A stretch of DNA of 64,000 bases from NCBI GenBank assembly GCA_965153355.1, contig OZ231126.1, positions 13,082,001 to 13,146,000 of the forward strand, in the 5' to 3' direction. The position numbers were made by a program, and so were the translations under genes. The first letter of the stretch is position 1; every line of letters starts with the position of its first letter. The DNA is from Flaccisagitta enflata. Lineage: Eukaryota. Below are positions 28,700 to 40,334 of this stretch, piece by piece. The notes under the pieces were generated by a model that saw only the letters and a program-made list of their open reading frames with translations, was not told the DNA's origin and did not search any database.

Positions 28700-31295
28700 G
28701 GGAATACCGCGCCAACCGGGACAAAAGAAAACGACGTATTTTCTCTTCTGAAAATGAAAAAAACTATCTGAAAACTGATCCTGACAGATCTTTTAAACCG
28801 ATTTTATGTTCTCAAAACAAATCATTACTGAATAGTGTACAATAAGGCAAATGTCACGGTTCCACAGCATGCTTGAGGGCCCGACTTTCGGCCAATCTAT
28901 GTTGGCCCAAGCTTCAGATACAGCATCAAAAATGATTTAAATGGTTCAAAGACACTCATAACTACCCAGTGTACAATTTCAAACCATTTTTTGTGACCCT
29001 CCCTACCCCTAGAGGGTCTAAAAAATTGTTCAGAGGGCTCTTTTTGGCGTGTCTCCATTCTGTCTCCTAAAAGAAATAGCAAGCAAAACCAATCAAAAAA
29101 TGTCGCATCTTATGATATGATGAGTTTTTATCAACTAGTATCAATCCCACAGGATACACAAAAAAATTCCACTCACTACTCAATCAATAAGTTGTCAAAA
29201 AATGGTATAAAAATCAAATTTACCCCTTCTCGATTTTTTTACTTTTTTTCTCTCAAGATTGAATGTTATGATATTTATTTTTTCTAACCTCATCTATCTT
29301 CAACATTAAGCATTTTTTCTTTTTCCATTCGATGGGCAACTACTTGAAGGACATTTCCCTCCATTTTCATGCTGTTGGGTTGATCCTAAGAGGAGATACA
29401 GCATTTTTCTTGGAGCGTATCAATTCGCGCACACCCCCAAACTTGAACCTAACGCATACCTAACGCTTTAGATATGCCACTGTTGTGTCAAGGTGACACA
29501 ATTCACATGAAAACTGACAACACCATGTGAAAGAGCGTGAAATTTTGATTGTACCCTGATAATTTGAAATCTTAACTCCCAAGCGTTAAGCCACAATGAA
29601 ATTTTACATTTTGTTGGTCCTCGAAGTGTGAACAGAATTGATACGCTCGTCGGACGATCGTCGTAGTTAATTCTTTGTTTCCACACAGCGCTCCTCACAC
29701 AAATGCATGATGCTTTTGTGTCTTAATTTGATAGAATTTCTTAAAATTGAAATTGGCATATCTCAGGAGCGGTTTGAGCTAGCCCATTGAAATTTTGCAT
29801 GGTTGATACCTAGACCAAGAGGGTCTTTTGCCTAAATTCTGATTCGACCTACAGAATGTCAAGCAGTCCAACCAGACCAACTAGCCTATCAGATGAAAAA
29901 ATAAAAAAATGGCATAACTTCTAAAGTAATTGTCCGATTTGGTTGAAATTTTTCATGAAGCTTCCTTTAAAGATTCCTTGTCACTGGCATAAAAAAGAGC
30001 TTGGGGAAAAAAAATTTTCATCCAACAGCCCACCCAGCCAGAAATGGTACTTATAGAGATTTTTTTAAAAAACTGAAAAAATTCAAAAAAATCTCAGAAA
30101 CATGATCACACATATTTGTTTGAATCTTATCAATAAGAATTTTACTGTCATATTGATTTCTTATTCGTATTTAGCTAAATTTTCTAGTAACAAAATTGCC
30201 AACAATATCCATTTAAGCCTAATTTGCATGAAAAATGAGCGTACTTAAGAAAATCCAAGTATGGATCCATATGTAATAATAGCTAAGCTACATGATGATG
30301 TATGATTTTCTTCAATTTTCCAACATGTAAGATTGACAAATTTCACCCCGTCCATGGTTGGCTTAGCATGACACCAGCCATAAGTACACGAATAGACTGA
30401 AAAAAAAAACCAAATTTGACGAATTTTATCAAATTTCTTTTAAAATTTTTGAATATTGCAATTTAAATGTTAACCATTCCAACGAAAATTGGCTGAAAAT
30501 ACATGGCCTTGTCTTAAAGTGAAGTGGAATCCATGTAGTTTCATAAAAAATCTTAAATAGTTGATATCGAGGGTTCTATCTTTGATATTTGTTACTCGAT
30601 GGAAGAAAACAAATCAAAAATCAAACTTTTTTGACATGAAACTTGGTTTAATTTACAAAAATCAAATTAAGTAGGCAAAATAAATGGTGGAGTATGAAAC
30701 TACATCAAATTATCTATCATTCAAGACCAACCCGAGCATATTAGTTCAATTTGTTTAGGTTTGGCAAGAGAGTGAAGATCTGTTATGCAAACACCCCGAT
30801 CTCAAGTTTTTGCGATTGCAGATTTCACGCCTTGCAAAGGATGTAATACTGAGGCCAATGTATTGGTCTCACCAGATCAAAGTTTGTATGTAAAAAAATC
30901 GGCGCAAAAATCCTCTTTAGTCTAGTTTAGTTTAGAACAGTTTTCAGAATTGATCTACCATTTACAGAGGCAGAAATATGTCGTTTTCTTTCGTCCCGGT
31001 AGGCGTAAATATGAAAAATTCATTTCTTATGGAAACCATATAGTGCGACCTATCAAATGAATCAGAATTTTATCTGGGTTAACAATATGCTGTCAAAAAA
31101 AAGGTCAAACCGACCTGAAAAATTGTATGGAAAATACAGCTAAAAATATTAAATGTTTCATTTATTTCAAAAAGCGCCTTAGGAAAGACTTTCTACTGGA
31201 TGGTTCTTGGTTTGTATGCCCATGACCTATGAAAAAGTGCAAAAAACCGCATAGTCATATCATTATTGTCTCAAACCTTGTGTGAGACAGCAGTG
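28700..31295. mobile_element. Large non-autonomous DNA element related to the CAC-ended MITE (left end not found)
   Basis: Right end (about 31040-31295, ending gagacagcagtg) resembles the arm of 19715-20349. About 28708-28806 is inverted relative to about 30895-31005. Confidence 0.5.
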
Positions 31296-31969
31296 TGTTA
31301 TTCTTATTCTTATTCTTATTCTCTAAAAGAGCCACATTTTCGTCATTTGCCCTACTTTGCATGATTGTGAATTTAAGACAGGGGTAGCAGGGCCGCGGTT
31401 CCAAAGGGCGGGCTGATTTGAGGTCAGAGGTGGCAGTTTAGAACCCTGAGAGGGCTGATTTCAAGCATGAGCGGGCTGATTTCAGACGGAGATAACTTCT
31501 GCATATTGACACACCCAAACATTTTACCTGAAATGCGAAATTTATCAAAAATTTGTCAATAATTTGTCTTTTGTTCCAGCCCTCGCTAGTAAAATGGTTT
31601 TGACGACTGCAGTGTTGCTTCTGGCTGCCTTTGGAATGACAATGTCGCGAAGAGTGGAAAGAAGTTTGGGACACACGGAAACAATGGGTAGTATTCTCTG
31701 AGGCGACTTTGTCGGAAGAGAACAATCTTGTCTTTTTAGTCACGTGCTAGGTGACTCTACAACGCGCTATGTCCGTCAGTTGGTTGGTTGGATGGTAACA
31801 CTGCTTTTTCAATGTTTACGGGTGTTTTTGCGTTATTCTTCCTTAATGCTTTATTAGCCTTTTGTATAACTGCTCTTGCCCACCTGCACGTTACTTGGGC
31901 AGCCGTGTGTCATTTCATTGTTATACTTTGCCAGCCAATAATTTTTACAAGTCCAGTTACACAGCGGTC

Positions 31970-33041
31970 TGTAATAATGTTGGGGTCTGGGTGGGACTCT
32001 TAGCCCAGCCAACGTTATACTACCTGGTTAACTCACTGACTTACTTTACTTTATTGGCCTAAATTACTACTCAAGGATTTAAGTTTAATACATATAATTG
32101 GTTAGTAATTGCCACACTTAACAAAATAGAACTTCCCAAGCTTGCCTTTGACTAAGCCTAAGACTTAAGGGAATTGAGCTTCTTAGCAAGATATGATTTT
32201 CAACCTAGATTGACTCAGGGTAGTGTGATTATATTTCAAGGCCTCTAACTTAGAGGAAGAATCAGGTTGACAGGATCTAATAGTTCACTAGGTGAGAATT
32301 GATAGTCTGACTCACAGGAACTGTGAGGCAGAGTATAGCCCAAGTAATATGGGAGTTATTTCAGCAGACAGAGAGACATAAGTCATCTAAGAGTCTAAGA
32401 ATTGAAGTGTCTTACTGCCAGCTTGCTTCTCCTTTTATACCCTAAAAAGTAGTGCTCCTACCAAAAAGGAGGGTATCACTCCTATGTCAAAGTAGCGGTG
32501 TTCTCAGAAAGGGGGAAATCACTCCCTCATTGAAGTAGCGGCACTTCCCCAAGGTCTTGAAGCCTTGTAGCCATGGCAACCGGCCTTGGAAAAGGAGTAA
32601 GAGGCCGGGAAGGTGCCGGTAGGCTGGGAAAGAGCCGGTAGGCTGGGAAAGGAGTAAGAGGCCGGGAAGGGTGTAAGAGGCCGGGAAGGGAGTAAGAAGC
32701 CGACAGGAGGAAGAGGCCGGGAAAGGAGTAAGAGGCCGGGAAAGGAGTAAGAGGCCGGCGGCCTCTTGCTCCTTTGGCTAAAAGGTACCGCTACCTTGAG
32801 GTATTACTATGAAGTATGGCTACTTTTTGGGGTATTACTACATAATTAGGCGATCTATTTAGTTAAGGCCCGTTGATTCTGATTCTCCATATGTCAATCC
32901 ATAAGTGTATCTTATTTCCATCCTGTTCAATCCATTTTAAGATGGATAAAACGACTTCCAAAGTTGAGGCTCTTTACCATCGTCCAAACATTACTACATA
33001 AATAGGCTAACTGAAGCTCTATACCCTACTATTTTATTACA
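31970..33041 (-). mobile_element. Solo LTR (1072 bp)
   Basis: TGTAATAA...TTATTACA termini, perfect 5-bp TSD CGGTC (31965-31969, 33042-33046), TATAAAA (32433-32439) upstream of AATAAA (32050-32055) on the - strand, internal short tandem repeats at about 32590-32760. Confidence 0.85.
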
Positions 33042-33118
33042 CGGTCCAAGTCTTGTCAGGTGAGCAGGGGCAGTGACAAAAGAGGCTAACCAAGCATTTT
33101 GGCAGGAGCAGTAATGCA

Positions 33119-33270
33119 AACAGGTCGCCCAAGGGCAATATGTGGTCAGCGATTCCCGTTGCCCTGCTCTGTTAGATTGTTTTTGTTAGATTGAGCGGAA
33201 GCAGGGCAGCGGCCCCGAAGGGGACGAAGTCCTGTAGAACACAGGGGGACTTTCGTTCGTCCTGCCTGAG
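33119..33270 (-). mobile_element. Partial family A element (tail plus one subTIR)
   Basis: aacaggtcgcccaagggcaatatgtggtcagcg...gcggccccgaaggggacgaagtcctgtagaacac. Confidence 0.7.
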
Positions 33271-34109
33271 ATGTGGTAGTGGGTGAATATAAATAAGACG
33301 ATGCGCTTGGATTTATTAATCTTTAGATCTAACTTAAGCTCTATCAGACCTAACAGAAGATAAATATGATAATAAATGTATTGACTAGTAATATGAATGA
33401 TGAACAGAAAGAGTTTTCAAATGATTTCAAACAATTTTTGCAATTTTTCGTCTCAAGCATGATCAACCTACTGACTGACTGACCAACCAACCCATATCCA
33501 ACCAATTAACCGACTAATTGACGGCTAAGGGCTTATATCTATGTCTATGGGGTGTCATATCTAAGTCTGTGGGGTGGATGACTGTCTTTGTTGTTGTTGT
33601 TGTTGTCGTTGTTTGCGTCGTCATCTCTTTTTGTCTTTTTTTTTCTTCTTGTTTTTCTTGTTGTTGTTGTCGTCGACATTGTTTTTGTTTTTGTCTGCAT
33701 TTGTTGCCATCGTAAATGTGGTTGTCATTGTTTTTGTCTTTTATCAACGTTTTTCCATCATTGTAATTCTGGTGTTTGATTAAGAAACCTCCGCAAGCAC
33801 CTATCAATACAGAGATCAAATCATGATTAGGGTATCACAAAAAAATTAATGACAAAAAGTTATGGTAAAATAAGTAAAATGTGTATTTTTTAAACTATCT
33901 TAAGCATAAACAAGTTTTTTTTCTAGATATGTATTTTATGCACCATCGGTCATAGAACCACTGAAGTTGGTGACGATCATTTCAGGTCAACAGCGTCAAA
34001 CTCTGGAGCTGTGGGCGAAGCAGTGAGCTCAAAGTCAAAACGCAAGTAAGGACTAACCAGTCGACTGACGGACGGATGAAGCGGGGGTATGGGACATTAG
34101 CAGCACACG

Positions 34110-34330
34110 ACTAAAACAACAACAGCAGCTGCGTACAGCAACATAACCAACAACAACAACAGCAACAGCAACAACAATAACAACAACAACCAATCAGCAA
34201 CAGCAACAACAGCAACAGCAGCAACAGCAACAATAGCAGCAGCAACAGCAAACGTCAACAACAACAACAACAACAACAACAACACCAACAACAACAACAA
34301 CAACAACAACAACAACGCAAACATAGCAGC
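34110..34330. repeat. (CAA/CAG)n microsatellite
   Basis: Direct reading; a similar (CAA)/(CAC) tract lies at about 44950-45115. Confidence 0.9.
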
Positions 34331-35196
34331 CAAATATCGGATGGGCATTGAGATTTTTTTGCCAACAACATCGTATCGGTACTGAGTTCATCCAGTCGGC
34401 GCCGCTTCTAATTCTAGTTCTGGCTCTGGTTTTGACTCTTGCTCTGGCGCTATTTCTTACTCTGGCTCTGGCGCTTGTTCTGACTCGGGCTATAGCTCAG
34501 GCAACTTCTTCACACACCTAAGCGCCAATAAAATAAAATCATCATCAAATCTTCGCGCATGCGTATGTCTGTGGGTTTGTTTGTTTGTTTATTTGTTTGT
34601 TTGTTTGTTTAATTGTTTGTTTTTTTGTTGTTTTTTTTCTGGAATAGCTACAAAACCTTTTTTGTTTTTTTGTTGTTTTTTTTTCTGGAATAGCTACAAA
34701 TGTTTCGCTGTGTTTGTTTGTTTAATTGTTTGTTTTTTTGTTGTTTTTTTTCTGGAATAGCTACAAATGTTTCGCTGTACATGTCCATCTTCTAGATTCA
34801 ATTTGGATCACATGATGGCTTACTTCATTAGTTGTGTTGTTACATATACAGAAGATGTCGTCTAGACTTAGAAATACATACAGGATAATTCACAATAGGA
34901 AGATAGATATTCCCGACTCTAACAAACTTGCTACTAATAAATGCTTATTCTTAGTCCCTTCAATTTGTTTCATTTTATTTATTATATTGGATTGGCCCTA
35001 ACAGAATTCCACTTCTAACATATATATATACTGTGGAGTAGTAATGTTGTCCAACTTTCATATGAAACTTTCCAATCCCTTGAAATCCGTTAGAGCAAGG
35101 TTCAACTGTAAACCTAAAAACCTGATATTTTGAATGTAGATTAATAAATGGATGCTTTATTACCCACGGGTATTGATTGCCATAGAAACACATTTT

Positions 35197-35700
35197 CATG
35201 TTTTCCTGCTAGAATATCAATATTCATAATAGAAGATTTACAGGAACATCGCTCAAAATTAAATTTACCATGGGCAATAGTATCTTTTTATAAATTGATA
35301 TTCGAAGTATAAGTCCAATATAAAGTTATGTAGATTTATTTTCCAATTCCCCCATATTTGTCTGAGTCATATTTCCAAGAGACCAACCAACTGATGGACG
35401 GACAAAGCCATGTTTTCCTGCTTAAATATCAATATTCATAATAGAAGATATGCAGGAACATCGCTCAAAATTAAATTTACCATGGGCAATAGTATCTTTT
35501 TATAAATTGATATTCGAACTATAAGTCCAAAGGCTCTCATCCTAAGGCTCTCATCCTTTGATATGTAAGTGGTAGAGTAGTGATATTGTCCATCTTTCAT
35601 AAAGTTTCTCTACATTTATTTTCTAATATGAATTCCCCATATTTCCTAGTCTGAGTCATGTTCCAACAGACCAACAACCGATGGACGGACAAAGCGGGGT
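35197..35700. repeat. Tandem duplication (35197-35408 and 35409-about 35695)
   Basis: The block catgttttcctgct...aaattgatattcgaa.tataagtccaa and the following gtctgagtcat...gatggacggacaaagc both occur twice. Confidence 0.8.
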
Positions 35701-36010
35701 ATAAAGTCGTGTAACATGGGACATAAACAAGGCCGGATACTACAGCCTCTCCCAGTCACGTGCAGGTGGGCAGAACCATAATTGAGGTCACCAGATCATT
35801 TGGGCAAAGAGAACACCTAAATAAATCCCCCAAAAAACAAAAAAGTAAAGTGTGATGGACCGACGATGACGGACCGACGGACCGATGGACCGCCGGACGC
35901 GGGGAGTGAGGATTGCGTAGCGACTAAGATACTTTTTACATCCCAGGCTCATGTGAGATTTGGAGATTATCAAAGATGATAACCTTCAAAATTGTTCATA
36001 TACTTCAGAC

Positions 36011-36719
36011 CAGGGCCGTGGAGAGGGGTCCCACCCCTCCCTGGAGAAAGGGCAGAGGGCTTAAAAAAAGGTAGGAGAAAAAAAGAAAAAGAATAAGTGA
36101 AAAAAAGAGAAATAAAGAAAAAAAAGGAAAAGGAAAAAAGAGTTGAGTAATTATGATCCAATTTTTATAAGATCATGATTGAGCCCTCTTGGACTTCAAA
36201 GGTCAAGTGAGGGCCTGTGTAGATCAAATCAGATATGCTTATCAATATAATCTCAAATAATAACCTTTCTACTAACTTTTTCAAAGATAAAGTATGATTT
36301 ACCTTTCAAAAGACCCTTAATTAAGTCAAATTTAAGCTCTTGTAAAATGAAGTTTCTAACATTTTTAAATCTAGTGTTGGTACACTAATATTTTGTATTT
36401 TTCAAGTTTTTGCCTTTTTCAATGTCAAACTATTTCACTAAACAAAAAATAGGTGCATAGATGTTTTAATGATTGCCTGTTATATCCAAAAAAAAAGTAC
36501 AGCAGATACTAATGCCAGTTTGCAAGTCCTGTAAAAGTTTAAGCATTTTTCAGAATTGATAGATATAACACAAAATTAAGCTTAATTCAAATTAGGTTAT
36601 GGAAACGATTGACTGCTTCCAATTTAGAGGATAGGATAGCTACTAGTATTTTATTTGTAAAATGGAGCGAGCGGAGCTTAGATGCGGTGGAGGCAGTAAA
36701 TCAACCGCCCACAGCCCTG
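36011..36719. mobile_element. hAT-like MITE
   Basis: 11-bp TIR CAGGGCCGTGG / CCACAGCCCTG with one mismatch; no clean 8-bp TSD. Confidence 0.35.
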
Positions 36720-37859
36720 GTTAAACCAATGGAGGGGGCCTAAGAGGCGGCCATATGGGCCAGAGGGCCCACCAGTTCTCTCCACAGCCTCACTTCAATT
36801 CAGGGAACTGCGCAGAACGTGTGCCCGCTCATGTTCTGTGGCGGACACACACACACACACACACGCACACGCACACGCACACACACACACACACACACGC
36901 ACACACGCATGAAGCAAAATGAGAGAGAGAAAAAAGAACCAAAATAAGGAGAGGGAAGGAACTGAAAATAACAAAAACAATCTTACTATTTTTTTTTCGG
37001 TCGGCGAGAGCCGCCTTAACTGGTAAATTGATATTCGAAGTATAAGTCCCTTATAAAGTTGTATAAATTTATTTCCCAATTATGAATCCCCCCATATTTC
37101 CAAGTTTAGACGACATCTACCGTACCTATTATTAATCATTCATCAATGTTTCCGGTTTGTTTACGCCGTTGGCATATATTACTAACATTTCAAAACAGTT
37201 TCTGTTCTTTTTTTTTCTTTACGTGCAAATTTTGTTTGCTTCTGTCTGTGGTGTGTTGATATGTTCCTTTTTTGGTTTGGATTTGTGGACATGATGAGCT
37301 TTGTTGTACCATTAATTGAGGAGTGATACTGAAATCAGGTCATTTTGTAATTATCAACCCCATTTTCCAAGATGAATAGGCAAAAGGTCAGACAATATCT
37401 AAGAAACACATCCACAATATGTAATTAGTCTACGACGCATGAAGAGTCGGTCATCCGTCGCAGTACAAGAACATTCCGATTGTATCAAAGAAGGCCTCTT
37501 CACTGGTCAATTGGGCATGGGCGATGGGCATTGGGCAATAGGCATGCTAACAAGAGGACCGGATAGTCAATAGGCACTCGGCTTTCAGTAGCAGAGAGAC
37601 CCGATTTTTGGCCCAAACAATTAAAAAGAAAAATTGCAAAAAGCGATAAGGTACATGAGTGTTGTGCATATAAACACATGCAGTTGAAAATATACTGTCA
37701 GGTGGAGTAAATACAAACAAGAATTGCTTTGAAAGAAATCTTCCCTCAGACGCTTAATGAGAAATTTGCAAAAATCTGGTTGAATATTGGCTAAAAAAAA
37801 TCATTTGAATGTGATTTATTTGATGCGCAAAAATCACAGGTTTACGACTATTTTCCACA

Positions 37860-39390
37860 TACACAGTTTTCTCCAAATGTGTGTCACACAACCAAATTTT
37901 TTTCTGAATGTGTGACATTTTACAACCAGATTTTCTCAAATGTATTTACAACCCAGTTTCTCCCGAAGTGTGTGTCACACAACCCAATTTCTCAGTGTGA
38001 CACATAACCCAGTTTTCCCCAAATGTGTCCTACAATAGTTTCAAATGTGTCTGGCCAATTTTTCTCCAAATGTGTCTATACAACCCCAGTTTTCTCTAAA
38101 TGTGTCAAACAACCAAGTTTTTCCTGAATGTGTCACAGACCACAGCACTACTCGAATGTGTGTCACACAGCCTAGTTTCTCCATTGTGTGTCACACAATT
38201 TTCTCTAAATGTGTCCACTGTGATTTTCACTCCGACCTATGTGTCACACAGCCGAAATTTCTCTGATGTATTATCATCAGTTTTCTCTGAATGTGTATCA
38301 CTGAAAGCCAGATTTTATGTTTACATAACCCAGTTCTATAAATGTGTCTGCAGCCTAGTTTTATCAGAATGTATGTTTCACAGCTTAATTTTCTCTGAAT
38401 GTGTGTCACACAAACTAGTTTTCTCCAAATGTGTGTCACACAGGCTAGATTTCTCCGAATGTGTGTCACACTTCTTAGTTTTCTCCAAATGTGTGTCACA
38501 TAGACTAGTTTTCTCCGAAAGTGTGTCACACTGCCTAGTTTTCTCAGAATGTGTGTCACTGTGACTAATTTTCTCCGAATGTGTGTTACATAGCCCAGTT
38601 TTCTCCAAATGTGTGTCAGACAGACTAGATTTCTCTGAATGTGTGTCGCACAGCCTAGCTTTCTCCAAATGTGTGTCACACAGCCTAACTTTCTGAATGT
38701 GTGTCTTTATTACATTTTCTCTGAATGTGTGCACACAGCTAGCTTTCAGTGTGTGTCACACAGCCTAAGCTTTCCCTGAATGTGTGTCACACAGCAAGTT
38801 TTCTCCATTGGCCTATCATATAACAGTTTTCTCCAGATATTGTGTGAAACAGCAGTTTTCTTTGAATGTGTCCTTACAGCTAATTCTCTGATGTGTGTCA
38901 CACCTTCTTTCAAATGTGTGTCACACAGCCCAATTTTCTCATTGTCACCTGTAGTTTCTCCAATGTGTGTTACACAACCCAGTTTTCTCTGAATGTGTGT
39001 CTCACAACCCAATTTTCTTGGATGTGTTACACAGCAATTTTCTCTCAAATGTGTGTCACACAGCCCAGATTTCTCGACCTGTGTCCATGACTGAATTTCT
39101 CCATTGTGTGTCACACCTTCAGATTTATCCATTGTGTCACATAACCAGTTTTCTCCAAATGTGTGTCACACAAGCAGTCTTTTCTGAATGTGTGTCACAT
39201 GATCTTTCTGAATGTGTGTCCTTTGTAGTCTTTTCAATTGTGTGTCTGCCAGAACCTAGTTTCTCCATTATGTGTCACACAACCTAGTTTTCTCCTGATG
39301 TGTGTCACTCAGCCCAGTTCTCTCTGATGTGTGTCACACAACCTAGTTTCTCTGAATGTGTGTCACTGGCAGTTTCTCAGTGTGTGTCGC
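37860..39390. repeat. 30-bp minisatellite (gtgtgtcacacagcctagttttctccaaat), about 1.5 kb
   Basis: Regular 30-bp period at about 38390-38700, with indel-rich flanks. Confidence 0.92.
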
Positions 39391-39691
39391 CTAGCAGTTA
39401 TGAAGCCTAATGGTTATAATCTCCGCATAAGCCCCGCAGTTATGAGGACAAACGCGAGGCACCACAGGTGGCCAATATATAACACATTGTCTGAATATTT
39501 ATATTGGATTGTTTTTTGAATTATTGCATAATTAATTCATGTAATCCAAGTTATCGTGGAACACATTATCATGAACATCTTGTTTGTGATGCAAAAATCT
39601 GGTTGCACGACTATTTTCAGGTGGCGATAGCCGCGATAGCCACCTTTATTGTTTTCATTTACAATCGTTATCAAGAAGAAAATGCAAGTCC

Positions 39692-40252
39692 AACAGGTCG
39701 CCCAAGGGCAATATACGGTCAGCGATACCCATTGCCTGCCATTGCATGGTGTAAGTCGGAATGAGAGGAAGCAGGGCAGCGGCCCACCGCGGGGACAAGA
39801 ATACAACAGAAGATATGGGGACTTGTTTGTCGTTCATTACGTTTCCATCTGTCTGTCTGTCCATCTGTCTGTCCGTCCGTCCGTCTGTCCGTCTGTACCC
39901 CCAGCCCTTTTCAGGCAGGAAATCACCTTACTCCAGGCCCTTGAATCTGCCCTCTCCAGGTGACCTGAGTCAGGTCTGAAATTTTTTTTTTTTTTTTTTT
40001 TAGAAATTTTCTTCCTGGATTCCTGCCCGTCCAAGCCTTGAATATTAGAGGGCAGATTTAAGGCCTGAGAGGGCGGATTAGAGGCCTGAAAAGGCAGATT
40101 TAAGGCCTGAGAGGGCACATTCAAGCCCTGAGAGTGCAGATTTCAGGCTTGAGAGGGCCTGAGGGGGACAAACAAACGGATAAACAAACGAACGAACAAA
40201 AGTCCCCTTTGTTCTACAGGACTTTGTTCCCTACGGGACCCCTGCCACAAAA
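39692..40252 (-). mobile_element. Diverged family A HINE-like element just downstream of the Kelch-fusion gene
   Basis: Tail aacaggtcgcccaagggcaata, subTIR remnants and 21-bp units. Confidence 0.65.
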
Positions 40253-40334
40253 GCCTGGATGGAACAAACCGTCCACCATGCAGCAATGAGGTTCCTATGC
40301 AATGAAAAACGCAAACAATTTTAGCAGCGCAATT

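Noticed and set aside
38045-39290. Zinc-finger-looking ORFs (CDTHLEK, CVTHIWRK, ECVSH)
   Set aside because: 30-bp minisatellite with no CxxC...HxxxH spacing, frequent frameshifts and open frames on both strands.
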